NCBI GenBank assembly: GCA_951406725.2
Contig: OX597826.1
Span: 60,036,001-60,160,000 of the forward strand
From: Octopus vulgaris
Lineage: Eukaryota
Reading direction: 5' to 3'
DNA length: 124,000 bases
Shown here: piece after piece, positions 58,108 through 72,329 of the stretch
How positions within the stretch are numbered: the stretch's first letter is position 1
Layout: every line of letters starts with the position of its first letter
Notes under the pieces: model-generated
The model's input: only the letters and a program-made list of their open reading frames with translations
Told to the model about the DNA's origin: nothing
The model's database searches: none
Made by a program: the position numbers and the translations under genes

Positions 58108-59045
58108 GGAGAATAGAATGCCTAACGAAAGTGGAATGCCTAAAGAAAGGAGTGATTGACTGGTTAGTGAGGCCCATTAGTGCTTGTTATATGGCTGGAA
58201 GTGTATCTAAGGACTGGTGAGGTAACTGTATAGTGCCACTGTACAAGGGAAAATGGGATAAATGTGAGTGTGGACATTTTAGGAGTATGTTTGGTAAACT
58301 GTATTGTATAATTCTGATTGTAAGGGTGAGGATCCAGAAATAGAGCGTGCTAGGAAAGGAGCAGTGCGGTTTTAGGAGTGGAAGGGTGTGTACAGATCAA
58401 ATCTTTGTAGCAAAGCAGATGTGTGAGAAGTATTTGGAAAAAGAGAGGGATGTGTATTGGGCCTTTATGGATTTAGAGAAAGCATATAGGGATGCAGTGT
58501 GGCAGGTGTTGCGGTTTTATGAAGTAGATGGCAGATCATTGAGAGCTGTTTAGAGTTTCTATAGAGAAATTAGGGCGTACGTTAGGGTGGGTGGTGAAGT
58601 GAGTGGTTTGATGTGAAGGTGGGGTTAAGGCAGGGTTTTGTAATGGTCTCCGTGGCTGTATCTGTTAAATTTATATAAGGATGGTGTGGTCTAGAGAGGT
58701 GAATGCTAGAACCTTTGGTAGGAGAGACCAAATGGTGGGAGAAAATGGAGAGAAATGGCAGGTGAGTCAGTTGTTCTTGCTGAAGATACAGCACTGGTGG
58801 TGGATTTAGAAGAGCAACTGAGGAGACTGATGATAGAGTTTGGAAGAGTGTGTGACAGGTGGAAACTGAAGGTGAATATAGCTAACAGTATGTTGATGAG
58901 ATGTTCGAGAGATGGAATGTCTGATAGGATGAGTGTGAGTATAAATGGTGTGATGTTAGAGGAGGTGAATGTTTTTTTAGTATCTGGGATCACATGTGAT
59001 AGTGGATGGAGGATGGGGAATTAACGGAAAAGGCGACTAAAATAG
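58108..59045 (+). pseudogene. RTE-clade LINE reverse transcriptase fragment
   Basis: IVPLYKGK.DKCECG, LGKEQCGFRSGRVCTDQIFVAKQMCEKYLEKERDVYWAFMDLEKAY, VVLAEDTALVVDLEEQLRRLMIEFGRVCDRWKLKVNIANS; multiple lesions. Confidence 0.9.
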
Positions 59046-59932
59046 ATTGAGGTAAGATTTTCATTCCAGCCTCGTAAACAGATCCATGGAGTGGAGGGTT
59101 GTCACCTGAGTCGTGCAAAGGTGTAATGTACCATGGGAATCAGCAACATATGGTGGATGCAACGATGCGCTGTTACAACGCATGCCCCCATTCGACTACT
59201 ACAACTGTTTCAATTACGGTTTTCTGTTTTACACACACAGACATATGTGTATATGCCAATATATTTACGCATGCACGTATTTGCAAATGTATTCGTGCAA
59301 ATATCCTTCTGATTCGCAATCATCAGGTGCTCAATACTTTTTATACTAAGTTCGCTTTTACTTATCAATAGATTCAGCGAGCTAGAGTTTCTAACGTGAA
59401 CTGAGAAATAATGGACGAGTGACATCAAAAAATACCCAAGCAAAGAAACCTAACATATGCCTAGAGTTTCGTCTATTGGATATAATTGATCGGTGTAAAA
59501 TATGCCACGATGGAGACGTCTCGGAATTTGATGCCGAGTGCGAACATCGGACCAGACACTTTTTCTCCATACTCTATTCTGCGATGATTTTGAATTTCTG
59601 TGCGATTTTAGAAAAGTTTGCTGAAGATAAACAAGTAAAGTTGCATTTTTGTGTATCTGTAGAAATATTTAACTGTACGTATGTATGTATGGAATTGTTT
59701 ATGACAAATGACTGCTGTTGCTTTGCTTCTTGCTTAACATTTCTTCTTCTTACATACGTAAACATGCTAACGCACACGCTAATGTATATATTTTAGTATG
59801 TGAGAGGAAGCGAGTACCGATCTTAATTTTCCTCACGTTGTTTCTCTCTCTCTCTTTTCTCCCTCCCATCCCCCCCTCTCTCTCTCTCTGAATATATATA
59901 TATGTATATATATATGTATATATGTATATATG

Positions 59933-59992
<60 letters not shown>

Positions 59993-60067
59993 CACACATA
60001 TATACATATAGGTACATTCTCATAGATGTACATAGATGACTGCTTGTGAGTGTGTAAGCATACATTT

Positions 60068-60119
<52 letters not shown>

Positions 60120-60332
60120 TATATTATATATACATACATAAGTATATTTATGCATGTACATTCACAAATACGCAAATATCCATACACTCACATATATATC
60201 TATATATATCATATGCATATATCTGGGAGATGGTAAAGTTGATGTCAATGTCTTTCATAATTAAGTACTTTTTAAAATATTTCATTTTTATATCAATACG
60301 GTAACTTGTTTTAACATCAACATAGTTATCTA

Positions 60333-60372
<40 letters not shown>

Positions 60373-61192
60373 ATGAATTTGATTTTCCCTCCCTTTTGTT
60401 TTTCTTTCTTTTGTATTCTTTTTTTTTTTTCATGAATACTCATCGCTTTTGAAATGGCGCCTTGAAATGCTTCGAATGGCGGGTGTCAAATATTGTTTTG
60501 TCATTCTTGAATTTGTGTGCTATTAGACAAGTTATGTTGTCGCCACTTGACTACGAAAATACATTAAAATACGTTTAGAAAATTTCCTTCGTATAGAAAC
60601 CGGCTATAATGATCAGTTTATGATTTTTTTTTTTTTTTAAGACAAAGTTTATAAAGAATGCAAAAAATATATAATTGCGTGTCCTAAATATGAGCCGCTG
60701 TTGTCAATGCTTATTTAAGGATTTAATATGAACTTGGTGCATATATATTTTATTTTCAACTGAAATACTACACATTTCACAACAGGTCTTTTGACACTAT
60801 TTTCCTCCCAGTAAAACTTGCCCATTTCTTCATTTCCTCTGTCACTATGACATCATCTCTGACTCTTGCCTACTCTGTTTGAATACACACACACACACAC
60901 ACACATACACACACACATATGTGTGATCATATGCCATTACATTCAAACGCACACATATATACATATACGTATATGTATGTGTATATATGTGTGTATGGAT
61001 ATGTATGTATGTATAAAGATATGTATGTATCTATGAATATATTTTTCTACATATATATAAATATAAATATATATGATAAATGGCGGTGATCCAGCATGGC
61101 CACAGCGCGTGAGCTGAAACTAGATAAAATACAAATTTAAAAAATATAGATATGTATATATATATATGTATGCGTATACATATACATACATA

Positions 61193-61290
<98 letters not shown>

Positions 61291-61399
61291 TATAAATACA
61301 GGCAATAGGTTAGTGTTAGATATGCTCAGTATAGAAAACACGTAATCAGATGAATTTGAACTACGACCTCAGCTTCAAGAGTGACTTTAAGAGAAATTC

Positions 61400-62010
61400 A
61401 AAAATGACTAGATACTGAGTTAATAAGGCAGATAAATACATTTATGTTTCATACGTATCAATGTTACCATGGTATTATCTACTGAACAGACTTGATGTTA
61501 TAGCTAGATCACTGTATAACGAGATCTGTGGAAAGGATAACCCTAAGGAGAAATAAATAAGAACTCACAGGATAGTGGAAACCATAGCCACTCATAGCTA
61601 CGCTGGGCAATTGATGAATCTGCAGTTACTCTATCCAGACTACCTAATTATTGAGGTGATTGGATATGTAACACAGTGCCTAAATGCCAATCTTGAGAAA
61701 TTAGGTTTCTCAAAACCAGAAAGGAGGAAGCTGATTCGAAGAGTACAAATCCAATCCATCACTGGAACTGTAAAAGATCTGTAAATTTTCCAGAAGTTTA
61801 TCATTAAATATTTATGAGCATGTCTTGATATGCAACTCTGTGCATGAGAAGACACATCAAACAAAACAAATAAATCTGCACGTATACTTACATACTTATA
61901 AAAATACACTGTTGTTGATGCTAAAATTCCACTGAAGTAGCATTTGATCTAGGCTAGAAACCGACTCTTTCTCTATTGGCAAGTAATCTTGAAATAAAAC
62001 TCTATAATAA
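61400..62010 (+). pseudogene. RLE-type non-LTR retrotransposon 3' end (internally deleted) with 3' UTR
   Basis: YYLLNRLDVIARSLYNEICGKDNP (post-CCHC region) fused to QLMNLQLLYPDY...IGYVTQCLNANLEKLGFSKPERRKLIRRVQIQSITGTVK; the PD..D endonuclease segment appears to be missing. Confidence 0.75.
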
Positions 62011-62235
62011 TATGCGTAGATACATACATTGATACATACATACATGCCTACATACATACATACACACATACATACATACATACATACATACATACATACA
62101 TACATACATACATACATACATACATACATGGATACATGCATACATACATGCATACATACATACACACATACATACATACATACATACATACATACATACA
62201 TACATACATTCATACAAACATACATACACAAATAT

Positions 62236-62520
62236 GCTTCTCAAAACGAGGAAGAATAAAGCTGATTCACAGACTAGAGATCCAAGCCAACATTGGAACT
62301 GTAAAATCTGTAAAACACTCTAAAAATTTGTCATTTAAGTATATAGGAGCATCTCTAGATATGCAAGTGTATTCATGAGAAGACATATACAGAACAAGAC
62401 ATACAAATTTGCACGTATATAAACACACATACAGAAATACCCTATTGCTGATGTTCAAATTCCAATGTAGGAACATTTCTCTATTAGCAAGACATCTGGA
62501 AATAAAATTGAATAATGACA
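62236..62520 (+). mobile_element. Second, shorter diverged copy of the same RLE-LINE 3' end
   Basis: TTCTCAAAACGAGGAAGAATAAAGCTGATTCACAGACTAGAGATCCAAGCCAACATTGGAACTGTAAAA and the following UTR align with 61708-62010. Confidence 0.75.
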
Positions 62521-62964
62521 CAGAACATACACAAACATACACACACGCATGCACACATACACATATTCACACACATATTGACACATTATACATAAAGAAA
62601 AACACACACACATATATTTAGAGACAAAAACGCACCATACACTTACACGCACGCATATTCACACGCAAACACACAGGAACACATACACACGCATATGTAA
62701 ACTCATATATTTACATGAAGCACGACAAATACAGACAAATATGAGGAAAATATACAATTTCTGAACTCGACAGATGTTTCAGGAAGTTCGTAGTTGCGTA
62801 ACAATTACAATAGTTATAATATGCAAACAAGTCACGAGTATACGACCAGTAACCAGCCATACGGAGTTATTACAATCAGCCCAGCTTTCCTCATCAAGAG
62901 AAGATTGGTGAATGCGCTTCACATTATAGTGGTAAAGATTTAAACTATTGGAACCGGTTATGGT

Positions 62965-63273
62965 GTGTTTTTTTTTGTTCCTTCTCGAGCCACACCTGAC
63001 TTATTAAGGCCGGTTTCCCGGTTTCCTTGGCGTATAGGTTCCCCACCTGGACTGGACGCCGGTCCGGCGTCGGTGAGCTGCAACAGGCAGGAGGAAAGAG
63101 TGAAAGAAAGTTGTGGTGAACGAGTCAGCAGAAGTTCGCCATTACTTTCTGCCTAAGCCGCGTGGTGCCAAGGTGTTTTCGCTCATAAACACACACATCG
63201 CCCGGTCAGATATTCGAACCCGCGATCTCTCGACCGAGAGTCCGCTGCTCTAACCACTAGGCCATGTGTCTCC
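62965..63273 (-). mobile_element. SINE family C1 (diverged)
   Basis: Family C head and V-like 3' part. Confidence 0.8.
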
Positions 63274-64415
63274 TTTCGTGTGTTTACGTCCCTCTAATTT
63301 AGTGGTTGGGAAAAGTAATTGATAGAATAAACGCCAGAATAAAAAAATACAAAAACTATGGTCGATTTGCCCAACTAAACTCTTCGAAACTAGGCCTCAG
63401 CCTGACGGAAGCCCAATGAGAGTATCAAGTGAACAATAAAAGATTAAATTCAGGTATCGATGTAAATATAGATGTATGATGACTATGAATAAACCGAAAC
63501 GTCGACGTCCTTATGAAACCTTGCCTACTAAACTTTAACACATGAAGCAAACATTATGTATGTCTAAGGTGGCGAACTGGCAGCAATATTAGGACGCCAG
63601 GCAAAATGCTCAGCGGCATTTCTTCTTTACTTTCTGGTTTCATATTCCACTGAAGCTGACTTTGCTTTCATCCTTTTGGGCTCCATAAATTAAGAGTCAC
63701 TTTATCACTGGTGTCGTTGTAATCGACTTAACTTTTCTCGAAGTACTGGCCTTGTGCCAAGTTTAAATCCGATAAATATAATAATATATATATAAGCCGG
63801 TGAGCTGCCAGAATCGATACCACACTGGACAAAAAATCTAAACGTCAATTTTGACTTTATACTGTGTGTTCAAATACCACCGGTGTCTTTCATCTTTTCA
63901 GCGTCGATTTAATCGACTTACCCTTTCTTTAAATTGCTGGCAGTTTGCTAAAATTTGGAAACAATATATACGTATATATATACATATATACAGAAACACA
64001 TATATGTACGCATATATATTTGTATGAATCTTAATATATCATGAATATATATATTGCGTAATAATCTTAAACCTCTATTGACGAAATGTTTCCAAATTAA
64101 ACCCTTCGTAATTTGAACTCTTCGTTTTTCAGCTGAAAGACTTACCATCATAATGTCACTTGGGTTCCCATGATAAATAGCAATATGTTCGTTATAATTG
64201 ATTAAGATGCGTTCGGTTCGTAAGTCACCAAGAGACTGTCTAGGTGATAATGCGACGAACCGATATTTTTTTCGAATAGAGATAACTTTTTCAATAACTG
64301 TTATTATCAAATTATAAAGGGATTAGTAATAGCTTCAGATTTCTGAAATATGCACTGATATACATATACATATATACATACATATGTGTCTGTGTATACA
64401 TATATATGTATATAC

Positions 64416-64506
<91 letters not shown>

Positions 64507-64602
64507 ACTATATATACATACACATAAAGAGATGGCTATGTTCATACAAATATATACATATGTATATGTATATATATATATATATATATTTATATATGTG
64601 TA

Positions 64603-64640
<38 letters not shown>

Positions 64641-64802
64641 TACACATATCCGTGTGTATGTGTGTGTCTGTTTGTATAAGTATATAAATTATGACATACA
64701 AATCTTCTCTTTTCCCTATTAGTATTTTATTATTCCCATTACTATAAATGTTACTACTATCACAAGTATTATTATTATTATTACTATCATTATTATTATT
64801 AC

Positions 64803-64843
<41 letters not shown>

Positions 64844-65226
64844 CCCTTATTATCATTATTATTATTGTTATTATTATTTAGACTGCAACTATTGTTAGTA
64901 AGATTTATTGAGCATAATGATCCAACATTTCCGTTTATTGCGCTGTAACGTGTTCCCTGCAATCAAATATGACATATATATCGATAGCCAGTCACGCACC
65001 TACCTGCACACGCACAGAAAATACACGAAACTATAGATATATGAGTATATCATGTGCGAGAGATAGTGAGAACAACGACGACAGAGAGAGATTCAGGTGT
65101 ACATTTGATGTATGAACTTAAAGAAATGATTAGGCACGGCTTCTATTACCATACTGATAACAGACACACACACACACGCACATTTATATGTGTGTATGTA
65201 CGTGTATGAATGCCCACAGAGAAACA

Positions 65227-65289
<63 letters not shown>

Positions 65290-65877
65290 GTGTGTGTGTA
65301 TTTATAACCACACGCACAGTCTCATACCTCTTTCAAATAAATATATATATTTATGTAGACACACATATATAGGCACACATTCTCCTGTGTATGAGCCTAT
65401 GTGTGTGTGTATACATATAAGTGAGATTTCCTTATCTTCAGTCGATCATAATAAATCATTTATCGATAACACAACCCATAAAGTGGTCTAAAATTAATTG
65501 ATCATCATTATTACTCTACATACAATGTCCTCCATTTCCTCCCCACTTCTATCGACTGTCTCTACAGCTGTCTAACAAAGAGATCTACGGAAGCCATACT
65601 TCATGGTTTAACACAGTGTAATATATATTTTTATCGCCATTACGAAGATATCATTAGCAGGAGATATTATATAGAAGTAAACGAACGAATAGCCAATTAA
65701 CTAATTTTACCTCCTCTCCTTTACTCACCCTAATTTTCACTTCATTTTTTACTGATGTGAATCTTTTCCTATTTGTCTATCTCTTTTTCATTTTTAATGT
65801 TTTCATTCTAAAATGTTCTATCTAAAAAGACACACAAACATACAAGCATACATACATACGCATATACATACGCATAT

Positions 65878-65931
<54 letters not shown>

Positions 65932-66442
65932 CAATTACATTAAATAAAATTCATCTAATGCTTTCTAATATACGCTGGGTATCAATAAGGCCTACGAGAG
66001 ACCGTGTAATATGTCAAGTGTGTACGCTACATTTTCCTGTGTATGTATGTATGTATTTATTCATGCATGAACGATGCATGTATGTGAATATGTATGTACA
66101 TTTATATTCAAGTTCTAAATTGTCTCAGTCTTGTCTCTCAATATCTGGTGATGTAGACATGTCCTTCCCTTACAGAATTTAAGCCCCGTAAATCTAAGTC
66201 AATATCATATTAAGTACGTGAAAATCACACCAAATGAGTTGAGTGTGACTTTCTATCGTCTGTTCTATTCTCTTAATTCTCTATCTCTGGTAGAACACGA
66301 GCCTCAAAAGACATATAAGCGGTCGAAAATGGTGAGACACACACTTCTGTACTCGTTGAAATCTAGATTCTTCCAGGAATCTTTATTTGACATGTTATAT
66401 CGAGAAAATGGAATATATAATCAAATGCATGCGCTGGAATAC

Positions 66443-66553
66443 CTATTTCGTGGCGAATCTGGGCTTTAGCATATCCGTAATTCGGATTCTTATCAAGAGA
66501 ATTTCGTGAATAAAGTTCCTTGAGAAAAGTGAATCCGATATGATGAACATCAT
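66443..66553 (-). other. Possible 111-nt symmetric (phase 1-1) coding exon, unidentified
   Basis: Acceptor TTATCTTTCATTTTCAAAG|, donor AG|GTATTC; open frame DDVHHIGFTFLKELYSRNSLDKNPNYGYAKAQIRHEI. No family recognised. Confidence 0.2.
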
Positions 66554-68235
66554 CTTTGAAAATGAAAGATAATATTTCACTATCGTTCTAATCCTTTTCC
66601 AAAAACTCTAATCTGTAAAAGTAATCACTTCAAACTATCACATAATGCATAAATTATCTCTAACAATTCAAAGAACATATACGAAACACAGAGCATAAAT
66701 GAAGCACAACATGTCATCGGTGAAGCGGCTAACTAGCAGTACGTTTCTGTACATGGAGGCGCACCATTCGCAGAAGTCTGATTTAGTCGTACTGTCTATG
66801 TAAACAACTGAACTAATATAACTAAGAGCTTTCTATCCTTAAGTAAAATCCATTTCCCAGGAATACATACATATCTTAAACACTTTACTTCTCGTTAAGT
66901 CGAGTATAGCTACTCAATGTTCCAATTTTCCACTGTAAAATATGTATAAACACGCACCACCCATTTTCACTCTCCCATGCTTAAGTATGTGAAAACATTA
67001 TACCCATTGCTCATCGTGAGGAAATTATTCCTCCAATCCTGTGATGTATAGAGACACGCTCACACCATTGAGTGTTATCCAGTGACACTACACTTATTTA
67101 TGTATGTAGTATGTAAGTACGTATGTATGTATGTATGTATGTTGCATCGAGAAAAAAATAGCTTCTTTGGTTACTCAGTTATATCATGAGTGTTCATCAT
67201 TCAGTATAAATATTCCACATACTGAATGTCGCATATGAAGAGCTGTCGGCTTTTAATATATAAATCGGTGCAAGTTAAGTTAACAAATCTGTAACTTTAA
67301 CACACCATGATTTTGGAAAAGAAATTTCTTTCAAAAAAAAGTTGGCCGAACTATTAGCGAAACTGCACAAACTTCCTAAATATCTTATAAAATAAGAAGT
67401 AATCTCATAATCTGGAATGGTTAAAATCATATAGCTTAAGAACACGACTCATATAGTGTTTAGAAATGAAAATTATATAATAGATAAATGAGATCAGTTG
67501 AAAAGTGTGCTAAATAAGAAGAAAAAACTCATTAATTATTGTTCTTATTGATAAGCTAACTAATACAAGAAATGATGATTTCAATACAATGGAAGACAGG
67601 ACCGAAATATCTCCTTAACAATACTTTAATATTTCTTATATTGCCTGGAGCATCGCCTCGTCCATAAGATGATTAACGTCTAATAACTAATGAAATAGAT
67701 TCATCTTTTGTTTAGAAATGAAGATTTTGAAATTGAAATCCATTCTGAGACAATTCAAATAATCAGGAAGAGATGATATGAAAGATGATCGCAGATCGAA
67801 CCGATCAAGATGCTGTTTAAAAAGCAATACAAATGATGAGGTTAATAGAGGGGAAATATTTAATAATTGCTCTATCTTATAACAGACGTTCAGACATATA
67901 GATGACCTATATATGCTATATTTATAGTAATTCTTTGAAATATTCAGAAGACATTATCAGTTAATTATCAATTCTCACCTGGCTGTCTATTAAAATTGGT
68001 TTCTAATTTTCGCGTGATATTTTAGTAACGTTCCATTCAAATTGGTAGCACTTTCATAAATTATTTAACACAGAAAGAGAAAAAGGAGGGAGCAGAAGAA
68101 AGTCCAGGGAAGATAAATGTCTGTGTATGTATGTATATGTATATGTGTCTGTGGGTGTGTGTACATCACTTCAAACACTCTATAAATATATATATGTTAT
68201 ATGTTATATTATATATACATATATACATAAATACA

Positions 68236-68304
<69 letters not shown>

Positions 68305-68349
68305 GTGTATCTATCTATCTATTTATTTATATATTCACTTATCTATTTG

Positions 68350-68403
<54 letters not shown>

Positions 68404-68560
68404 TCGATTAGACGTTGTGTTAACCTAGTGAAAGGATGGTTTCATACAAGGAGATGCTGGTTCAATACCTAGTATTTTAGGGGAATCAATTTCCTTAAAA
68501 TAATATATAAAACATATAGTTTATATTTATATACAAAAAGAAAAAGAAAATGGAGATTGA

Positions 68561-68851
68561 GAATTGTTGTATACTGTCAATCTAACATGAACGTGACAGT
68601 AGGGGGGGGTACACCACCGCTGTTTAGTCCTAGGAAACATCGACGCCTCCTGATGGCTTTGACACATTTTTCCTGTGTCCTTATATACATTTACGAAGGT
68701 GAGACAAACACCCGTAAATGTCAATGTATATAAGGACACAGGAAAAATGTGTCAAAGCCGTCAGGAGGCGTCGATGCTTCCTAGGGCTAAACAGCGGTGG
68801 TGTACCCCCATACTGTCACGTTCATGTTACATTGACAGTATACAACCATTC
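68561..68851. repeat. About 290 bp near-perfect foldback (about 130 bp arms)
   Basis: 68561-68691 is the reverse complement of 68723-68851 with scattered substitutions. Confidence 0.9.
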
Positions 68852-69094
68852 TATCGCCCCACCACCGTACGTTTATTATCAACAGCAAATTAACCATCAT
68901 CCCTTACAGCTGTTTCATTTAAATTCAATTAATACTCAATAAATAAACATTAAAATAATATGGCCTGAGCATAATATTTTTAGAGGTAAAAATAACATAC
69001 CTTTGGATGTTTTATATGTATTTATGGATTCATTATAGTAGACTGTATGATTAAGCTAATGTTGATAAATTTGCTGTTAATATTAAACAGCAGG

Positions 69095-69285
69095 AGGCGC
69101 AGGAGTGGCTCATAGGCGCATGAGTGGCTGTGTGGTAAGTAGCTTGTTAACCAACCACATGGTTCCGGGTTCAGTCCCACTGCATGGCATCTTGGGCAAG
69201 TGTCTTCTGCTATAGCCCCGGGCCGACCAATACCTTGTGAGTGGATTTGGTAGACGGAAACTGAAAGAAATCTGTCATACATATG

Positions 69286-69320
<35 letters not shown>

Positions 69321-69509
69321 ATGTGTCTGTGTTTGTCCCCCTAGCATTGCTTGACAACCGATGCTGGTGTGTTTATGTCCCCGTCACTTAGCGGTTCGGG
69401 CTTACAAAGAATAAGTCCCGGGGTCGATTTGCTCGACTAAAGGCGGTGCTCCAGCATGGCCGCAGTCAAATGACTGAAACAAGTAAAAGAGTAAAATAGT
69501 AAAAGAGTA
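69095..69509 (+). mobile_element. SINE family A with duplicated 5' start
   Basis: AGGCGCAGGAGTGGCT is repeated at the head; tail complete; small internal deletion. Confidence 0.9.
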
Positions 69510-71740
69510 ACCCTTCTATCCATGGATCTGTTTAGGTAGTTGTTGCTAGTGAGCTGTTTACTAGGCTCGAATGAAAATCTCACTTCAACCTATTTTAGTC
69601 GCCTTTTCCCACACACAGAGGACACGTTATAGAGGGAACGTTGGGTCCATTCTTTGGCATGCCGGTCTACCAAAAAACACAAATGAAACAATATTAAATT
69701 AAAATCGCCAACAGTTTATTATACAAGATATGTATACATTACCCAATCTCCATTTTCTTCTTCTTTTATATATATATACACACAGTGGAGTGGTAGTGTT
69801 ATCTTGAAGCATTGTCTCATATATATATAAGCACTCTTAATTATATTTCTTACTGTAGCTTCAATGAAAACATAGATGTCTTCGGTGTGGCATTTCTGTA
69901 GTTTTTTTTTTTTTTCTGCCGGAGGATCCTTAGCATAGAAGCTTTCTTTAGTGAATATCTGTTATTATCTAATAGCACTTCCGATGTAGAATTCGTGTCA
70001 TTTGTTACAAGTGATTTTAGATACACACTTCGATCATTGATATATATCTGCAATTTTCATCGGGCAGTTGGGCAGTGTACACATGGCGTTTCTGTTGTCT
70101 TGTTTTGTTTTTAGATAGGATTCTCTACAGAGAAAATCCCGTGTTTTCCAGTCGTACTTTCAATCTCTCTCAATGAAAAGCACGGCCGATTGCAGCAGTG
70201 GACTTTTTTCATTAACATGCGGCATTTTAATGATAAGTGTTACCCGTTGACTTATGAATTCTCTTACTCTGTCTGATGATGCCCTGGCATTTAGTGATAG
70301 AATATGAGTAGCTCCTCAGGATCTTCATAAATTTTTAGGTTGCCTGTATTTTTGCTTCCTGCCTCACAATATTTACAGTGTATCCTACAAATCTACTTTC
70401 TAAAGCAGCCAATATTCGCTTTGGTGTGATGTTACGTAAAAAATGTAATTATATATATACATATATCAACATCATCATTAAGTGTCTTAAATCCGTGTTT
70501 TGACCCCGTTAACGGGAGTGGCTGGATCTACCTCAATTGCCATAGCAACCGATGTAGGCAGGCACATCCTCTCTCCACCTTTGGGATGTCTGGTTCCCAT
70601 TCTCTTTTACTATCATGAGGCTTTTTAGAGCTGGATTTTCTATGGGGAACATCCTTTTGCTTACACCCAACCTCAGTTTCTAGACATGAGCGATCCCGAG
70701 ACCAAGGTTCTACCACGATCTTTACTCCCCGTAAACCTTTTCGGAGACTGCCCCTATATTATATATTTATATGTAAGGTATATGTTAGAGGTGTTAAGCC
70801 CTCTAAGGGATAGAAATATCCCTAATTTACGGCTTCCTCTGCGAAGATACGAACTACCCACAACCTATGTTAGTGACATATAGGTCCTATTAACCACGCC
70901 GGATATCTCTAATTAGGGATAACTCCCTCAGATTACACCGGTGGTCAACTAGCTGATCAAGCAGACACGTGGAAGTCATTGATGTGAAACAGGCAGGTTT
71001 TTGTATTTTGGCGTGACGTCAGCATGCACAATATCATTTGGGAAATACTGTTTGAATAATTTTTGCGGCGCTGTAGTAATTAAAATTAGGATTTTTTGAA
71101 ACGATCTCACGAATCAGAGCCTATCTTGTGGTCTGTTTTTGTGATTTATCTCTGGAGTGCTTCAATTCATATAAGTTATTTCGTGTAATGAGCCCAAGCT
71201 GAAGTAGAGAATAGAAGGATAATGCCAGGAGCGTTTCAAGACCGAAAACCTATAAGGATCCTGGAACTCGCCATACGTACAAGGCCAACATTTCTGAAAT
71301 TGTCAACGATATTATGGTGAGACATAGTTAATTAATTCCTGCGTTACTTATTCATCTTGATTAAAGTGCTCTCATTAATTATTTCAGAACTAATAAATTA
71401 TTAGCTTTAATTAAGGGGACTCTAGCTTATTATAATTCATGACATATAATGCAACGATTTGCGTCTAACTTCTATAACTATCTCTGTACTCCTCCAAACA
71501 CTCACGATACGTAGTCACAACAATATTAGTGATGATAACTATTAGAATAAGAAACGAGACAGAACTTAATGTAGCGATAACAATAACAGTTTAGCAAAAG
71601 GCAAGCAAGAAATTTCAGTTGAGTGTTTTAGTTTATTATTTCGTCTCCAGTGTTCAACTGATACTTATTTTATCCATTTTATGAAAGGATGAAAGGCAAA
71701 CAATGTAATCACATATTTACGAAAAAACTAAAATGATATA

Positions 71741-71897
71741 TAGGCGCAGTAGTGGCTCAGTGGTAAGCTTGCTTCCTAAGGGAATACTTCCGGAGCCAAT
71801 CCCATTGCGTAGCACTTTGGGCAAGTGTTCCTACTATAAACTCAGGCCGACCAAATCCTTGTGAATTGATTTGGTAGACGGAAAGTGAAAGACGCCG

Positions 71898-71972
<75 letters not shown>

Positions 71973-72290
71973 GAAAATAGAGATAAATTAGAGATAGAGA
72001 TAAATTAATAATTATTCATTGATTACAAAATTTGATACCACATATATATGTATATACGTGTGTGTGTGAGAGAGAGAGAGTGTTTGTGTCCGTGTATGTC
72101 GCCCCAACTGATGTTGGTGTGTTTACGACAACCGATGTCGGTGTGTTTACGTCACCGTAACTTACCAGTTCGGCAAAAGCGCCGTAGAATAAGTATTAGG
72201 CTTATAAAGAATAAGTCCTGGGGCCAATTTGATGAACTAAAGTTAGTGTTCCAGGATGGCCGCAGTCATTTGACTGAAAGAAGTAAAAAT
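71741..72290 (+). mobile_element. SINE family A with expanded internal (TA)n
   Basis: Family A head, middle and tail motifs. Confidence 0.8.
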
Positions 72291-72329
72291 TATAAGAATG
72301 ATAATGATGATAATAATATTAACAATGAT

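Noticed and set aside
61925-61985. SECIS or hammerhead interpretation of the RLE-LINE 3' hairpin
   Set aside because: No GA partner for a SECIS quartet, and A9 and the UH site do not fit a hammerhead; retained only as a conserved hairpin.
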